Assembly: GCA_002633005.1 (NCBI GenBank)
Contig: NMRA01000038.1
Span: forward strand, 1,182,883-1,246,882
Reading direction: 5' to 3'
Source: Phoronis australis
Taxonomy: Eukaryota > Animalia > Phoronida
Length of the DNA stretch: 64,000 nt
Position 1 is the stretch's first letter; every line of letters begins with the position of its first letter. This document shows, piece by piece, positions 26,178 through 39,000 of the stretch. Below the pieces are notes generated by a model. It did no database searches and had not been told where the DNA came from. It saw nothing but the letters and a program-made list of their open reading frames with translations. The position numbers and the translations under genes are program-made.

Positions 26178-26976
26178 CTCTCGAGTTCCGAATAGTCATA
26201 TACCATATATGTATACGATTATTTATTTCAGACTCTTATTCCGATCTATAACTAAGCTTATTTGGGTCTCTACGTTTATTAATAATAAATATTTTTTCCA
26301 CTCCTCCACAATTATTTGGTCAAGATGAAATTTGGAGTTGGCTGTTTCTTACTCATTTCTGGAACGCTTTTTTGTTACTCAAATTTTTTAGACGCCGAGT
26401 TTCGAACCCTGGTAGCCTGAGTGAGAACTCACAGTCCTAACCACTAGAGATGAGACACTTCTAACAAATTAGCAATTTTGAGGATTATATACGATTCTGG
26501 TATACACGGGAGTCACTTGTAATAACATGCACATGAAAAGATTTTATTCGTTAAGTATACAAGTGTACATTTCAAAGCTTAAATAATCGGACTCCTAAGT
26601 ATGTATTCTCATTAGTAGCAACAGACACATCGTATGTATACCTCGTTGCCCAATGAAAAGTTGTAAGTTATAAGACTTGTCAGCTGAGTCATGCGCGAGC
26701 CATGCCAGTTTGCTTCCGCCATGAACATTTTACATTTTACGCAAATATGTAATCAATATTATTATTATTCCAGTCTATACTATTTTTAAAGTTCTACAAA
26801 TTTGCCATATATACCATTCTATACTATTATTAATTTTTTTTCACAAATTTCCTGTCTATACCATTATTCTACTCTTCTAGTGGCAAAAATGTCTGGTTTA
26901 TACTATTATTACAAATCTTGAAAATTTCCGGTCTATACTATTGTTACTGTCTCTACAGCTATTCGGAACTCAATAG
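26178..26976. mobile_element. ~800-bp TA-flanked TIR element with subterminal (g)tctatactattatt repeats
   Basis: ta|ctctcgagttccgaatag versus ctattcggaactcaatag|ta; repeated ctatac(t/c)attatt motifs at ~26770-26945; no ORF. Confidence 0.75.
26394..26456 (-). other. tRNA-derived (Glu-like) Pol III A/B-box segment, not a functional tRNA
   Basis: Minus strand tctagtggttaggac...ttctcac...ccagggttcgaaactcggc resembles tRNA-Glu(CTC) TCTAGTGGTTAGGAT...CTCTCAC...GGGTTCGA. The acceptor stem is not intact. Confidence 0.5.
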
Positions 26977-27556
26977 TAGTTTGGCCAAGCAATCGCAGAG
27001 ATGTGGAATTAGCCTGCAAGTTCTACTTTAATGAGACAAATATAAAGCAATGGAGGTCAAGAATGAAGTAGTGCGTCTTGGAGGGTTAGTTTGAGTCCCC
27101 ATGACATTATGACTATGGGGTATTTCAGTCACTTTCAAGAGCATGGTGTTGGTTGCTTTGGCCGCACAACTACTTCAGTGAACAAAATTGTTTTTTACTC
27201 TATAACATGGTTTATTATGGTGTGTTAGAAGATCTGTCACGTTTTGTGATTTTATTGGTGCACACCAACAAAATGGCTGCCTTTGAATAGTAATTGGATA
27301 GCTGCTCTTTGTTGAATTATGGGAGTGTATTGTGCGTCAGCCCACACTGCTGATAATGTAAAATGTATAACTGCAAGTGTCTCACAAATTACTGTATAGC
27401 TGTGTTTGTGTAGACTAAACGTATGTATTTTTGCCACTGTCAATAAAAATTTAGCCTTATCAAATGAAGTTCTAAATTTTAGTTGTGAATGATTTTTAAA
27501 TTCTTTTGCAAAGCAATTTTTTATTCTCGACATGGGTTAACAAAGTTCTTATAAGA

Positions 27557-27630
27557 AACTAATGACAGCGTGTTGCCAACTGTATTGTTCAGTAACTAAT
27601 GGCAGCGTGTTGTGAACTGTATTGTTCAGT
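27557..27630. repeat. 37-bp tandem duplication
   Basis: aactaatgacagcgtgttgccaactgtattgttcagt / aactaatggcagcgtgttgtgaactgtattgttcagt. Confidence 0.9.
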
Positions 27631-27967
27631 AAACATCGGGTTTAATTAGATCTCTTGATCTGTTAATTTAATAAAAGTTAAGTATAGCCTAGTAATGAGA
27701 TTGATTATTGCTGCGCCAGGACCTATTTATTGCTATTGGTGTTTACAGAATACAAGTCGTTAAGTTTGTAAGAGTGCCATCTATTTTGATTACCGCTCTA
27801 CGTGTCTTTGCAAAAAGTTGACTAAGTAATTTTCTCAAGAGGCAGGGATGATCGAAATAAGTGGAGTGGCCATTGTACCAAATGAACAGAAAGTTAAAAG
27901 AATCGTCTGTTACTACTGTGTGAAATAATGTCTCATCCACACACAGCCTACCCTAGGACAACTTGCG

Positions 27968-28239
27968 CTAGTGCAACTTACCCCACTTTTAAGTAGAGCG
28001 TCCACGCACACATATCCAATAACTAGGGTACGACAAAGATGTCACTCTGTGCATGACAATGTACTGCTAATGCGAAAATGGCATGCAAAAGAAAACTCAT
28101 CTGTATGTAACCGCAGCAGATAATTTCTTTTGCCTCGCACAAGTTTTGTAGCCACACAGTGATGCAAGTTACCCTAGAACAAATTACCTTACCTTGATAA
28201 AGTTGAGTAAGTTGCCACAAGTGGGGTAAGTTGCACTAG
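27968..28239. repeat. Perfect 21-bp inverted repeat bounding ~270 bp (MITE-like); motif family also seen at ~3165-3425
   Basis: ctagtgcaacttaccccactt (27968-27988) / aagtggggtaagttgcactag (28219-28239); internal caagttaccctagaac also at ~3170. Confidence 0.7.
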
Positions 28240-28259
28240 TTACTTTTCGAAATAATTGT

Positions 28260-29027
28260 TGCTTTGCCATCAAGTATGTTTTTTGTTTGATCGCACTCTA
28301 CAGGTCGTAATTTTCATCCGATCCTCACAAAATTTACTCACAACTTGTACTTCTAGAAGTGCAGGGACCCTATTGCTTTTCGTCATAAACTGATCCAAGA
28401 TGGCGGATGTGGTGGCCGTTTTGTTATCAATTCCAGATTCAAATGCTCATTGACGCCGTAATTTTTGACGTACACGGCTGAAAGTCAGTAGCAATATTGT
28501 ACAATATATGTGCTACAGATGCTGGAAATTGTTCACTTCCGGTCAAAGATGGCGGAAATGTCTGCAATTGCACGTGTGCACCTCGATTTCGGGCAAAAAA
28601 CATTTTCTCCTGTAGACGGCGCATTGTTTAACCAGTTGGCAAATGGCGCATTTTGACCCATTTTCAGTCGTGCTGGGATGCCATTTTAAACGGGGAAAAA
28701 TGACATGAACTTTTGCATGTGGATTCTCTAAGGTATATTCTTTCAAGTGACCTTAACAATTTTTTCTCAGGCTTACCGTTTTCGAGTTATTTGACTTTGA
28801 ATTTCAAAAATCGCAAAATTTCAATTTTTTTCGAAAAATTTACAGAATTTTGCGAAACTAACCAGTTAGATGGAGTTTTAAACGGGCTTTCAAAAGATAT
28901 TTTCCATTTTTCGCTAGGATGTCTATTTTTCAACTTATTTGAGATTTTCTAATGGCGCTGTTCCTTTGTTGAATGCTCTTGCCGCATTGATATTGGTTTA
29001 GCTTCTATTGAACAAGACTGTAGCCTA
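28260..29027 (+). mobile_element. Dispersed repeat element (possibly a second HINE-like family); 3' ~315 bp repeated at 59761-60056
   Basis: 28711-29027 aligns directly with 59761-60056 (ttttgcatgtggatt...ttttccattttt(c/t)gctagga...cgctgttcctttgttga...aagactgtagccta). The 5' boundary is approximate. Confidence 0.65.
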
Positions 29028-29288
29028 ATTCTTACTGTTAGTCATATGAATGTTATCGCGTTGCACAATGTACGCCAATTCTGTTGTATCTGGCATGATT
29101 GACACAGGGTCACTTTTACGCTAAGACTACCTCATGTAAACCTCAAATTTCCACACAGAATGGCGACAGTGGGCTTAGAAAAAGGAAATTCTATTGGTAG
29201 ATACTGGTAAAGATTTTCTGGCAGCATAGTTTATTGTAACACTACAATGTAAATGGGCAATACAATTTTCTATTATTTAATGTTACAG

Positions 29289-29417
29289 ACGACAGGATTC
29301 ATGGAGCAGACCGTACCATACAGCATAGTGGAAGACATAAACATCGTGTCCCGGTGGGACGCGGGGCAGAAGTTCTGTATGAGGGTTACAATACCAGACG
29401 GCTCGCTTCTAATACAG
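29289..29417 (+). CDS. CMIP: CMIP coding exon (PH-like domain, C-terminal part): TTGFMEQTVPYSIVEDINIVSRWDAGQKFCMRVTIPDGSLLIQ
   Basis: Acceptor tgttacag|ACG, donor CAG|gtatgc; 129 nt, phase 0-0; lies within ORF 29253..29453; matches recalled CMIP [42 protein letters not shown]. Confidence 0.93.
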
Positions 29418-31593
29418 GTATGCATGTTCATGAGTCACATAAGATCGTGTTAAGTTTTCAAAACCTTTTGTCATTACTGTGAGTGTGCCTTGTACAAGGT
29501 ATGTCGTGACTGTCAAGCCTGCCCTCAGCCTATAAAAACGGGTAAGTATGTCTTTGCTGCATGGGTGTCTAATAATGAAAAGATTTCTTTGTGTAAATGA
29601 CTGAAGATCACAGATCAATGACAACTGATGTCTTAGTTGGGAACAATAATTCTTTATCAGCAAAAATTTGCATCTTCATAAACTCTGGATTACCAGCTGC
29701 CAATTAAGTCTTCTATGCTGTACCAAATTTAACTGAATTTCAGTCTCTCAGCTAATGAACTTATTTAAATGCACCCATTTAGTACGAAAAGTGTACCAAT
29801 GACCGAAGTATGAAGACATCTGGGATAAATGTCTAAATGTAGTTCCTTCTTGTGATTGGTGATAAAAAGTACACGTTTTGTCTGTCACATTCAATTCTGA
29901 CGTCAACTTAGTGTTACTTATTGACTTGCGTAAGCTCACTGTGTGTTTTAACACACCATGCCCCGAGTTGCCCTTTTTCTCTAGCATATTGTGCCCTGAG
30001 TTGCCCTTTCTGAGGAGTACATTCACATCAGACTTGTACGTTATGACATATGCATCTTAATATTCGTGACAGGCCCGAAGGCATGAAAGGAAAAACTGCA
30101 CCCAACTAATCTCAGCCTTGACCTGCAACTTGCCTGTTAAGAGGTTAACCAAATGTCACCTGCACTGCCACCTGTAGCACTTTGGCATCAAGTTGCAAAA
30201 TAAGGTCTCGTTTAGCCACTCTTAGCATTGTACACGAGTCTTAGCTCTCAGATGGGTGACTTTTGTGTATAAAAAAGTTAGTGGAATAATAACTGATGTG
30301 AAAAAATATTTTCAGGATAGCCAGGAATCTGTAATTTTGGTAAAGGTAATCTCAGAAAGTGTCACTTTCCCCTTTAAAAGTAGACTATTATAGATTCATA
30401 AATTGTTATGTATCCCATCAAACAAGCCTCACACATCCTCAAGTGATGAAGATTTTGATCTAAGCCATACAGCCATGGGGAAATGTCCGCTACAACCCCC
30501 GCTCGCTGGTCCCCTATGTGCCTAGCCAGCACGCAGGTATCATGCATTGGCACGCACTTTAGCATTGGTTGATGTAACCTCAGCAGTCATTGGTTAGCTT
30601 TACAACACTGTGAAAAAATGGCAGACTGTGAACGATTTTTAGCCATGCCATGCAAGAAGCGTCGCAGCAACTATTTTGTTTCGATGCTTAATAGGCACGT
30701 GCTTGAAGCACATGCATGTACAATAAACGCATATCTGGCCGATTTGACCGGTGTGCTATTCATACTGTATGAATACAGGACAGTATCGTAAACAAAAGTC
30801 ATCAACAGTAGAAAGATGCATTCCGAAAAGGCGCAAACACAATTTATAGGATTCACATTTCCTGAACATAAATTTTAAGCACCGATTTGTCTATACAACA
30901 CACCTCATTTACACTTCAGTCCATCTGTCATGCCAGCGTAGACTATAGAGTATCTGTGATGCCAGTTTGTTTGCGTAAAGCGCTACCTGTTGAGAATTCG
31001 ACTTGCCAATCAGAAACACCGGTATAAAAAATTTCCCAAGGAAAATTAAGTGATACCTGCGTGCTGGCTACTGACCATCTATCGCCACGCAGGGAACCAG
31101 CGAGCAACCCCCAGAAACATCATGTGGAGGCATTACTTCTTGTTTAATCGTTCCTGTAAATGGAATGGGTAAATACAGGTGGCGTATTGCCAAAAGCACA
31201 GAAATATATGAAAAAAATGCAGCAACACATTGCACAACTGCATCAGTATGAAAACATCGTCGCATGTGTCAAAAGGCATGTCCATCTGATGCCGTGGCAG
31301 GATGCAGGACAAAACTTCAAAAAAACTGGGTCAGTTCTTCCAAAACCGAGGCAGTTGACCACATCTTGTGAACTTTGAAGCAGAAAATATTGACTTTTGT
31401 TTGTGTAGGCAAGTATCTGCCCTCAAAAACAGCTACAATATCGCGTTATTTCAGGCGTTTTGTTAACCCTGATTCTTCCAACTTTCTGTTTCGAGTGCGT
31501 CATCTGTTCAGACAGTGACCTCAGACTGATTTCTCAGTTGCCAGTACACATTAGTGATCATCTCTAAGGCCAAGCAGATAGAAAGGATAGCTA

Positions 31594-34276
31594 CGGTGTT
31601 TTTTCTATTAATTCTAGTGTACGAACTATTTTTCCCTTGAGAGCTTCGTGTACGAATTAATAGAGATATGTGTGGCGACGTAAAGGACAGTGTGCCTCAC
31701 AGGGTTAATTTGCTACCTACATTACTTGGTATCTGCATATGATCTTGAAATAATAAAAAGTGCTAGCCAGGTTTTGTTTTTCGCTTATAGTCCATCAAGT
31801 TGGGGTTAGCAGATTTTACCAATGTCGCTGGCAGTTCTTGTTGTGTGCCCTGGTGCTTAATTGAAATTTCTCAAAACTTAGCTTAGAAGAGCAGTAGGCG
31901 CGTACCGTATTTCCTAAAAAATCAAAGGTGTTATAGACGAATATTATACGTGAATATTTGCGGTAATATGAAACTAAATAACTGCAATAGTAAGAAATGC
32001 CATTACGATACAATTACTTGGGGCAAACTGCTCTGCCTAGGCCTGTCTGTGTAAATATAGTTTCCACCTACCTGTATAGACACCAGGAATAATTTTGATT
32101 ATACACTTGCCAGCTTCAGCTGGAACAAAATTCTTCCCGTAGACTTGAGCCGGAAAAGTCTATGTGGTTGACTGACAACCCAGGGAATGAAAATTGGTGC
32201 TAGTGGGAGGCGGTTGTTCGGAGAGAAGAATGAAAAAGATCGCTAGAAGGTGGCTACGGGCCTGGAACATTGAGCCTAGAGCCATGCGGTTCTGAGGAAC
32301 ATTGGGCCCAAGGAATATAGCAAGGCAACGGGTCTTTTTTAACCCCAGGGGGTCTAGGTTCATTGTCAAGTAAACACCTGGGGCGCTGAAACGTATCTGG
32401 TAAGAGCCGAGCAGGTATACTCTCTCAGTTAGGACTGTCGCTATTCTCGTTTGACATGTGACTTTGAAGTGGCGCCCGTGTAAGATCCCACACTCGAATC
32501 GCTGGAGTGCATGTTACATTTGCAGCAACATATGTGAGTGACAGACGACTCCTATATACGCGCATGCTCAGCCCCAGAAAGTATAGTAGGACTGGAGAAT
32601 TTGTTTGCTGTCTTGCCATAAAGAAGAGACGCATTTCCCAAGCAGGTCACGGTCTGTGGGGACATTGGGCGCAAACAGCAGGATTGTCCAGTGCCGCAGT
32701 GAGATGATATTGTTGGGTATTGTAATAGGCTAATCAGGCCATCTTGTATGAAACATAAATGTTTTTCATCTCAAATTCGGTAAGTTGGTCACTAGTGAAT
32801 GAAACGTCGCGGTGACGTTTTTAATTTATCTCATATTTATGCCGTGGTCAGAATTTTTTGCCGGTTTATTAAAAAATTTGCAAATGTAGCCGAAAACACC
32901 AGCCAATGAAACGCATCAAAGTGGTTCAGAATTATTCCAAAGACGTTATCCCATGTTCAAGCAACATGTTTACAACTCAAGGAAGAGGGCTGAGTGTTCA
33001 ACTTGATTTAGAAATAACCAAATAACGGCCGGATTTGCACAAGTGCCAAGTATCTACTTGCCGCCAAAAGCTAGCCTAGGCTCACCTACTTGGGAATTTA
33101 CAGGTCGCGTGTTGTGACTTGATACGAAGTGACCAGTCTCGGCTCTCATTTCCAAATGTCAGGTCGGCTAGCGATTGCCCGAATAATTGGTAATTTGTTT
33201 ACAAGTCATTTTTACCTACAAAGATACGTGTACGAACTATTTTTCGCTCGACCACCTTCTGTACGAATTATTTTTGTCGTAGGAGCCCCTCTGGGTTCTT
33301 TAGACTCATCCCGAGTCAAAAGTCATAAAATATTAAGCAAATACTTGCTGTTGAGTAATGCACTTGTAGTAACTTTTGATTGACGACTGGGTCATGTCCG
33401 CTTACCTCCGATTCTCATCTTCATTACGTAGTGTGTTTCATGCAATGGCAACTGAAGTTAATCGTGTCGGATGTTCGAGATAAGACAGCCACACTAAACC
33501 TTACGTTGACAATTAATTGGGTTACGGAGTACAGAACATAAACATTCCCAACCATAAAAAACACCTGAATTAGTTTTTCAAACATTTATTTTTTCAAACA
33601 ACTCATTACTTGCTCTCTGAACTCAGAACTTTACAGCTAATACGCACATAGTTCTACTCATGTCACGGGACCACTGTGACCATAATTTTAATCCTTATGA
33701 TGTAACCTTAGCAACACGTGAAGATTGCACGTTCGCACTTCACCACGTGAGAATAGTTGCAATCAAAGTAGAGCAATGTGTAGTCATTTGTCGCACTACA
33801 GTCACCGGAATCAGTTGTAACAAGACTACAGCACGGTACTGTTACTCCGCACTTTTGAAAATTTTTTCGTGCATTACTAATGTGAGGGTAACAACCTTGT
33901 TGGGAAAATCAGCTGTTATGACATTTTTACCGCTATTTGGCAACACACTGGAAAATCTTAGCGCAATTTCCACATTTTCTGTCGCCAAAAATGGCGATCT
34001 GACAAACAACTCTTCGAGCTCTATGGTAGCGTAGTAAAGCAAATAACAGATTCCGATCACCTGAGTAGAATTGGCGCTTATTGAGTCGTGTTCTTTTATA
34101 AGAATGAAAATTGCCATTTTACCGATCCAAAAAGCTTGTACAAATTATTTTTTCAAACGCAAATATGTGTACGAACTATTTTTCCCTCGAACTGTACGAA
34201 CTATTGGAGACAAACGGCATGTTTCAAGGGTCCTGTACAAACTAATAAAGTTTACGAATTAATAGAAAAAACACCC
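31594..34276. mobile_element. 2.7-kb TA-flanked non-autonomous TIR element
   Basis: 21-bp TIRs ta|cggtgttttttctattaattc and gaattaatagaaaaaacaccc|ta (1 mismatch). tgtacgaa(c/t)tatt motifs cluster at both ends and at ~33225-33275. No transposase ORF recognised. Confidence 0.85.
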
Positions 34277-34560
34277 TACTAGCTGCGCTGTCTTCTTCAA
34301 GTGAACCATATCTGAGCTGACAGCTCACACCAAGGTGTCACAACTGAATGAACTAGCCAGCTATGTTTCACTCCAGGCGCATAGCTCTCTATCTGCACTG
34401 GCCCTTAACCCACCTGCCAACCATTCTGGCTGAAGTTCAGTGTTTTAATTTGTTTTTTCCTAACTATCCTTTGAAAGTGTTAAGGAAACAGCGATACCAG
34501 CCTTCTGGCTATGAAGTTTGGCAACTGCAATTTTCAGCTCTGACTATTAACATTCAGATA

Positions 34561-36077
34561 CCGTATTCGCCGTAATAACCGCCCATGCCCCTATAAGCGC
34601 CCCCCACGCATTTTCAGACTTTGATAAAATAAGCGCCCAGTCCATGAACGTGTACGTGCGAAAAATGCCTTACCTACAGTCCTCAAATTCTACAGTAACG
34701 TCTTCAATTTATCAATAATATCAGACAGTCCTGAAAAAAATCATTGTGCGCAGAATTTGTAGACCACGAGCCTCGCCGCTATGTCAGTATTTAGCCGTGA
34801 CTAGGCCTATACACTTCAAACTTCTGCCATGCCTTAGAACAAACACAAATGTTTTGCTGATCATGTGAGGACCAATGGTCTGGCCTTTCAGAACAGACGT
34901 AATGGATTTGTCTACGGGATTGCTTTGTAGATATTTCCCGCTTTAACAGGAATCCAAATTTCTTTGTACACGTGAAAACCGCGAATCGAAGACTAATAAA
35001 AAGCTTGGCCAGTGTTAAAAGCACGTGGCCAGGAAGCGCGCGCTACATACATGAACCTGTCATCAAAGACATTAGTCGGGAACTATCCATTCATGAAACG
35101 GGTAGCATAGCATCGGCAAGAAATGAATATTGGCACTAATTTCTGACAGTTTCTAATACTATAAAAATGCGTTATTTTTAAGATGGTTGTTTGATTAACC
35201 ATAATTGGTGTGTTTTTAAGCCAAATATGCGATAAAATGACCACTGACAGTGAATTCTTACACACCCTTACACCAAAAAATAACTGTCAGATAGTTACGT
35301 ACGCATCCAGCCACATGGCGACTAATATGGGCATTACCGAGACAAATGTCGAACGTTTTTAGCTCATGGGACTGGCAAGTGCTGAATGAGACATGCTCTG
35401 GTTTAGGCCTACTGCTTGTGCAAATTTCTTTAGATACAATGCACATCTAGCTCGTTAGATTGCGTGGCTCTGGCCAAAAGACGGTCTCTGCTCCGGCAAA
35501 TGAACTCTGGTGGCACGCACGCGCTCGCTTACTCACAAACGCAGACGAACTTCAAAACAAACGTCACGTGACAACAATGTGTGTTCGTCCAGACATTTTT
35601 CTCATGTTGTCGATCATACATGTAGATGGCACGATGTAGCACAGATTTGTACTTAAACCTGCCGTTAATCCCGACTCCACGAGAACTTTAAAATCTTAGG
35701 GACGCTACTTGGAAAAGTTAAGGAGGATTTCAGTTAATTTGCTTGAGTCGAAACTGTATTTTTATTCAAGCATTCAAGTCGCCATATTGACGATTGCGAG
35801 GCAATCAGTCGGCGAGTTTTCGCCCTGGGATTTCTGCACAATTTTCTGTAAAATGATCGTAATTTAGCAGCAAATTTTGATAGCAATGCACCACAGTTTT
35901 GTAGAAAGTCTTTCATAGATTACAGATACGTCACTGAGCGTAAATATGATGAATCTTTAGTTAGCTTCCGATTTCACCCGTTTCGGAGACCAGGTTTCAA
36001 CCACCTTGGGTTATAATAAGCGCCCCCCTGAAACGAACTTTTCTAAGCGCCCTGGGCGGTTATTACGGCGAATACGG
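34561..36077. mobile_element. 1.5-kb non-autonomous Tc1/mariner-pogo-type element with perfect 25-bp TIRs and TA TSD
   Basis: ta|ccgtattcgccgtaataaccgccca ... tgggcggttattacggcgaatacgg|ta; subterminal taagcgccc repeats at both ends. Confidence 0.92.
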
Positions 36078-39000
36078 TATGTGAATTTTATTAGAAAGCA
36101 GATGAGGCGCTTTCCCATTAGAGGCAAAACTTCTGCTTTTACCAAATTTTGGTAAGTGGGAAAAGTTAAATCCCCTATTTAAACTGCAAGTGAAACTTCG
36201 CTTAAAATAGTTGGATTTAAAAGCAAAGTTTCATACAGGAAACTAACACAATGAAAACTTTATTGCTTCTATAATGCGCCCTCTACAGGACGCAGGTGGG
36301 AGAAAATGGTGTGATGGTATGATTTTAGGAGTTAGTGGGACAGCCGGACAAGTTGCATGGTAGAGATGAGATTTGCGAGGTTCAGTAGGGATGAGACAAA
36401 GGTCTACTGGACAGGGGTGCACCCTTGACAAGGAAAATAAGCACATAAGAATTTGTGATTCATCAGTAAAGTTTCAACTTAAAAAATATTCGAGGTGGCA
36501 TTCGAAATGTTTCATGTCAAAGTGCTGTGGTGCTGATAACTTTTTTATCACGTCTTCATTGTGCTGATGTAGCTGGTATTGAAACAGCGTCAGCCCTGTC
36601 AGCCCCACAGATGGGAAAATTTTCGAGTAATTTATCTATCCCGTTATGAGTGCCAATCAACAGAAACACTAGAATGGATCGTATGCACCCTGCCACTATG
36701 CTTTGCCGAAACCTACCAAATGTAAGCGGATTGGTGCGTATGACAGTGTCAAAAATGTTGTGCATGTAATCCATTGCCATGGCTTTTCATTCTTTTGCCT
36801 GACGCCGATTTTACAAACTGTTAGTATCATTTAGGCATGAGGAGTTTTCTGCATATTCAGTATGACCTACTTTTGCATCCCCTCAACAGTCTTTCACTTT
36901 CAAGAATAGAAAACATGGAATGCTAAGTGTTTAGTCCCAAGAGAGATAGAATAAGTAATGTCTTGTAGGGTAATTCAACTGAAGTACTGGTGAAATCCAT
37001 CATTTATCTCGGATGATAATGACCGTCTAGATTCTTAAAGCATTTCCTTTGAAGTCTAGCGTGCCTGTTCTACTTGGTGGTTGTTGTGTTTCTGTTTTTC
37101 AGTTTTCCAGAGGGAATTATAATCTTCTAGTACCTACACTCACCCGAGATACGAGATGCACGCCATGTGTAAACATGTGTATGCGAGTAAACATTGTAAT
37201 ATACAAGTTCATGGGAAAACAAACTTATATGGGGAACTTGAAATTAACTAGGTGTCGCAAAAGTGATTGCAAGAGATCTTGCGTGCATTCAGGTTAGTCA
37301 TTTAGGTCCCCTTACTTATTGCATAAACTCCTTGCTGATGATCTGCTTTCTGCCATAGGAGAACTGCAATAAAACTACAACAAAATTGCTTTCCAGGCAT
37401 ACTAAGATGATCCTAGAGTTCTACATTGAATTTGCATAGTAACCGGCAAGTGCCGCCACTAGACGGTACACCACAAACACGTTCTTAATGATTTTGTTTG
37501 TTGCCATATTCTCCATCTCTCATTTCTATGTATTGATGCCCTAAGTGATTGTCCTGTTACTGACCACTAAGGCTCCGAGATGTCTTTGTGGATCGCACCG
37601 TAACTCTTTGCCCCATATTGGCATTGTTTTGACATTCTGTATGAAAATGCTGCTCAGTTAATGTTTGTGCGCCTTCAAAAAATCCTGAAAAGTCCATTTT
37701 TCCCAACCCTTGCCTTGGCAAAAAGGTCACAAACGTCGTATTTTAACTCGTAGGTCACAAAATGTGGACTGTTCAGTGTCAGACTCGCTGTGAAGACAAC
37801 TTGCTCTTAGCTTGGGATGCTCTCAGGACTCATTTCGGCATTGTTTTGCAGTTCTTGGCACTCTTATTCGGTGTTCTATTCGTGATGCTGTGTTGTGCCA
37901 GATGCTTCTTCACGGTTGAGTCGTCTTAGTAAGGGCTCCCATTTCATCATTTCCACATTAAAAAATTCATTGTTGTGACCACTGCATTGTAAGTCCAAGT
38001 CTACACACTCGGACCACTCATGCTTTGCACAGGTATCAAGCAGCTGAATTCCAGATAAAGCTGTTGTAAATGCTCATGTGAATTTTGAAACAAGTGTAGC
38101 AAGATTTTTAAATTCAATTTCGACATTAATGCATGTCTTCAGGCAAACGCTCTGGATCAGCTCTGGCTTCTACAGTTTTCAGTAATGGAGTGGCATCATT
38201 GAACTACAATTAACCCCATTTCATAAATACCCTAACACAAGAAAATTAAACCGGCACCATTTCCCTTTCCCACTCAAGTGCTGAGTGTGGAGGGATTCAG
38301 TTAATTATCCCTGTTTTACTGGCCATTAATTCCTCAGTGCTGTGCAGATTTGATAAAATGCTGCTGAGCCAGTCAGCAAAATTAGCTTGTAAGCTTCTCG
38401 TTTAGTCACTGCTACGGAGTGCTGATAGGAGGTCACTCGCTGCTCGGTACTCTTTTCTGTTGGTGCAATCTGTTGGTGCATTGCGAGAATATGAAGTGCA
38501 TGCCCATGTCTGTTTTCAGACCCCCCTGCTTCAGGATTGATGTGTTTGTTTCAAATCACTTACGTAATCAAAAGCTTCAACTCTGTTGTAAGGCAATCTG
38601 ACCAAGTTGAAATTTTCGGATTCAGATTTATTGAAACTGGCTGTTCAAGTAAACAATATTATCTAACTATGTGTAAATTAAAAAAATATTTCTCTCAATC
38701 TCCTTTTGGGTCTTGGCAAACTTCAAATTTAAAAACAAAAACTTAATAACACCAGACCTTGTTTTGCCAAGTTCAAAAGGGAAATATTAGATTACTTATA
38801 ATAACATTGAAAAGTTTAAAATTTTCATTCAGAATTGTAAACATCATTTGTTCAATAAAAGATATGTCGCTCTTAATCTTAACGTTCTTTTTGGGAGGTT
38901 TTATGAGTTTCCCTGGGGTGTTTTATGGGTCTCCGTGGTTGAATGTGGGTGTGCATTGGTTAGTGAATGACTATTATTGTGATGTTCTTTAATTTATTAT

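Noticed and set aside
29253-29288. MGNTIFYYLMLQ as the real CMIP N-terminus
   Set aside because: This is the T-rich acceptor region (ttttctattatttaatgttacag); homology starts exactly after the AG.
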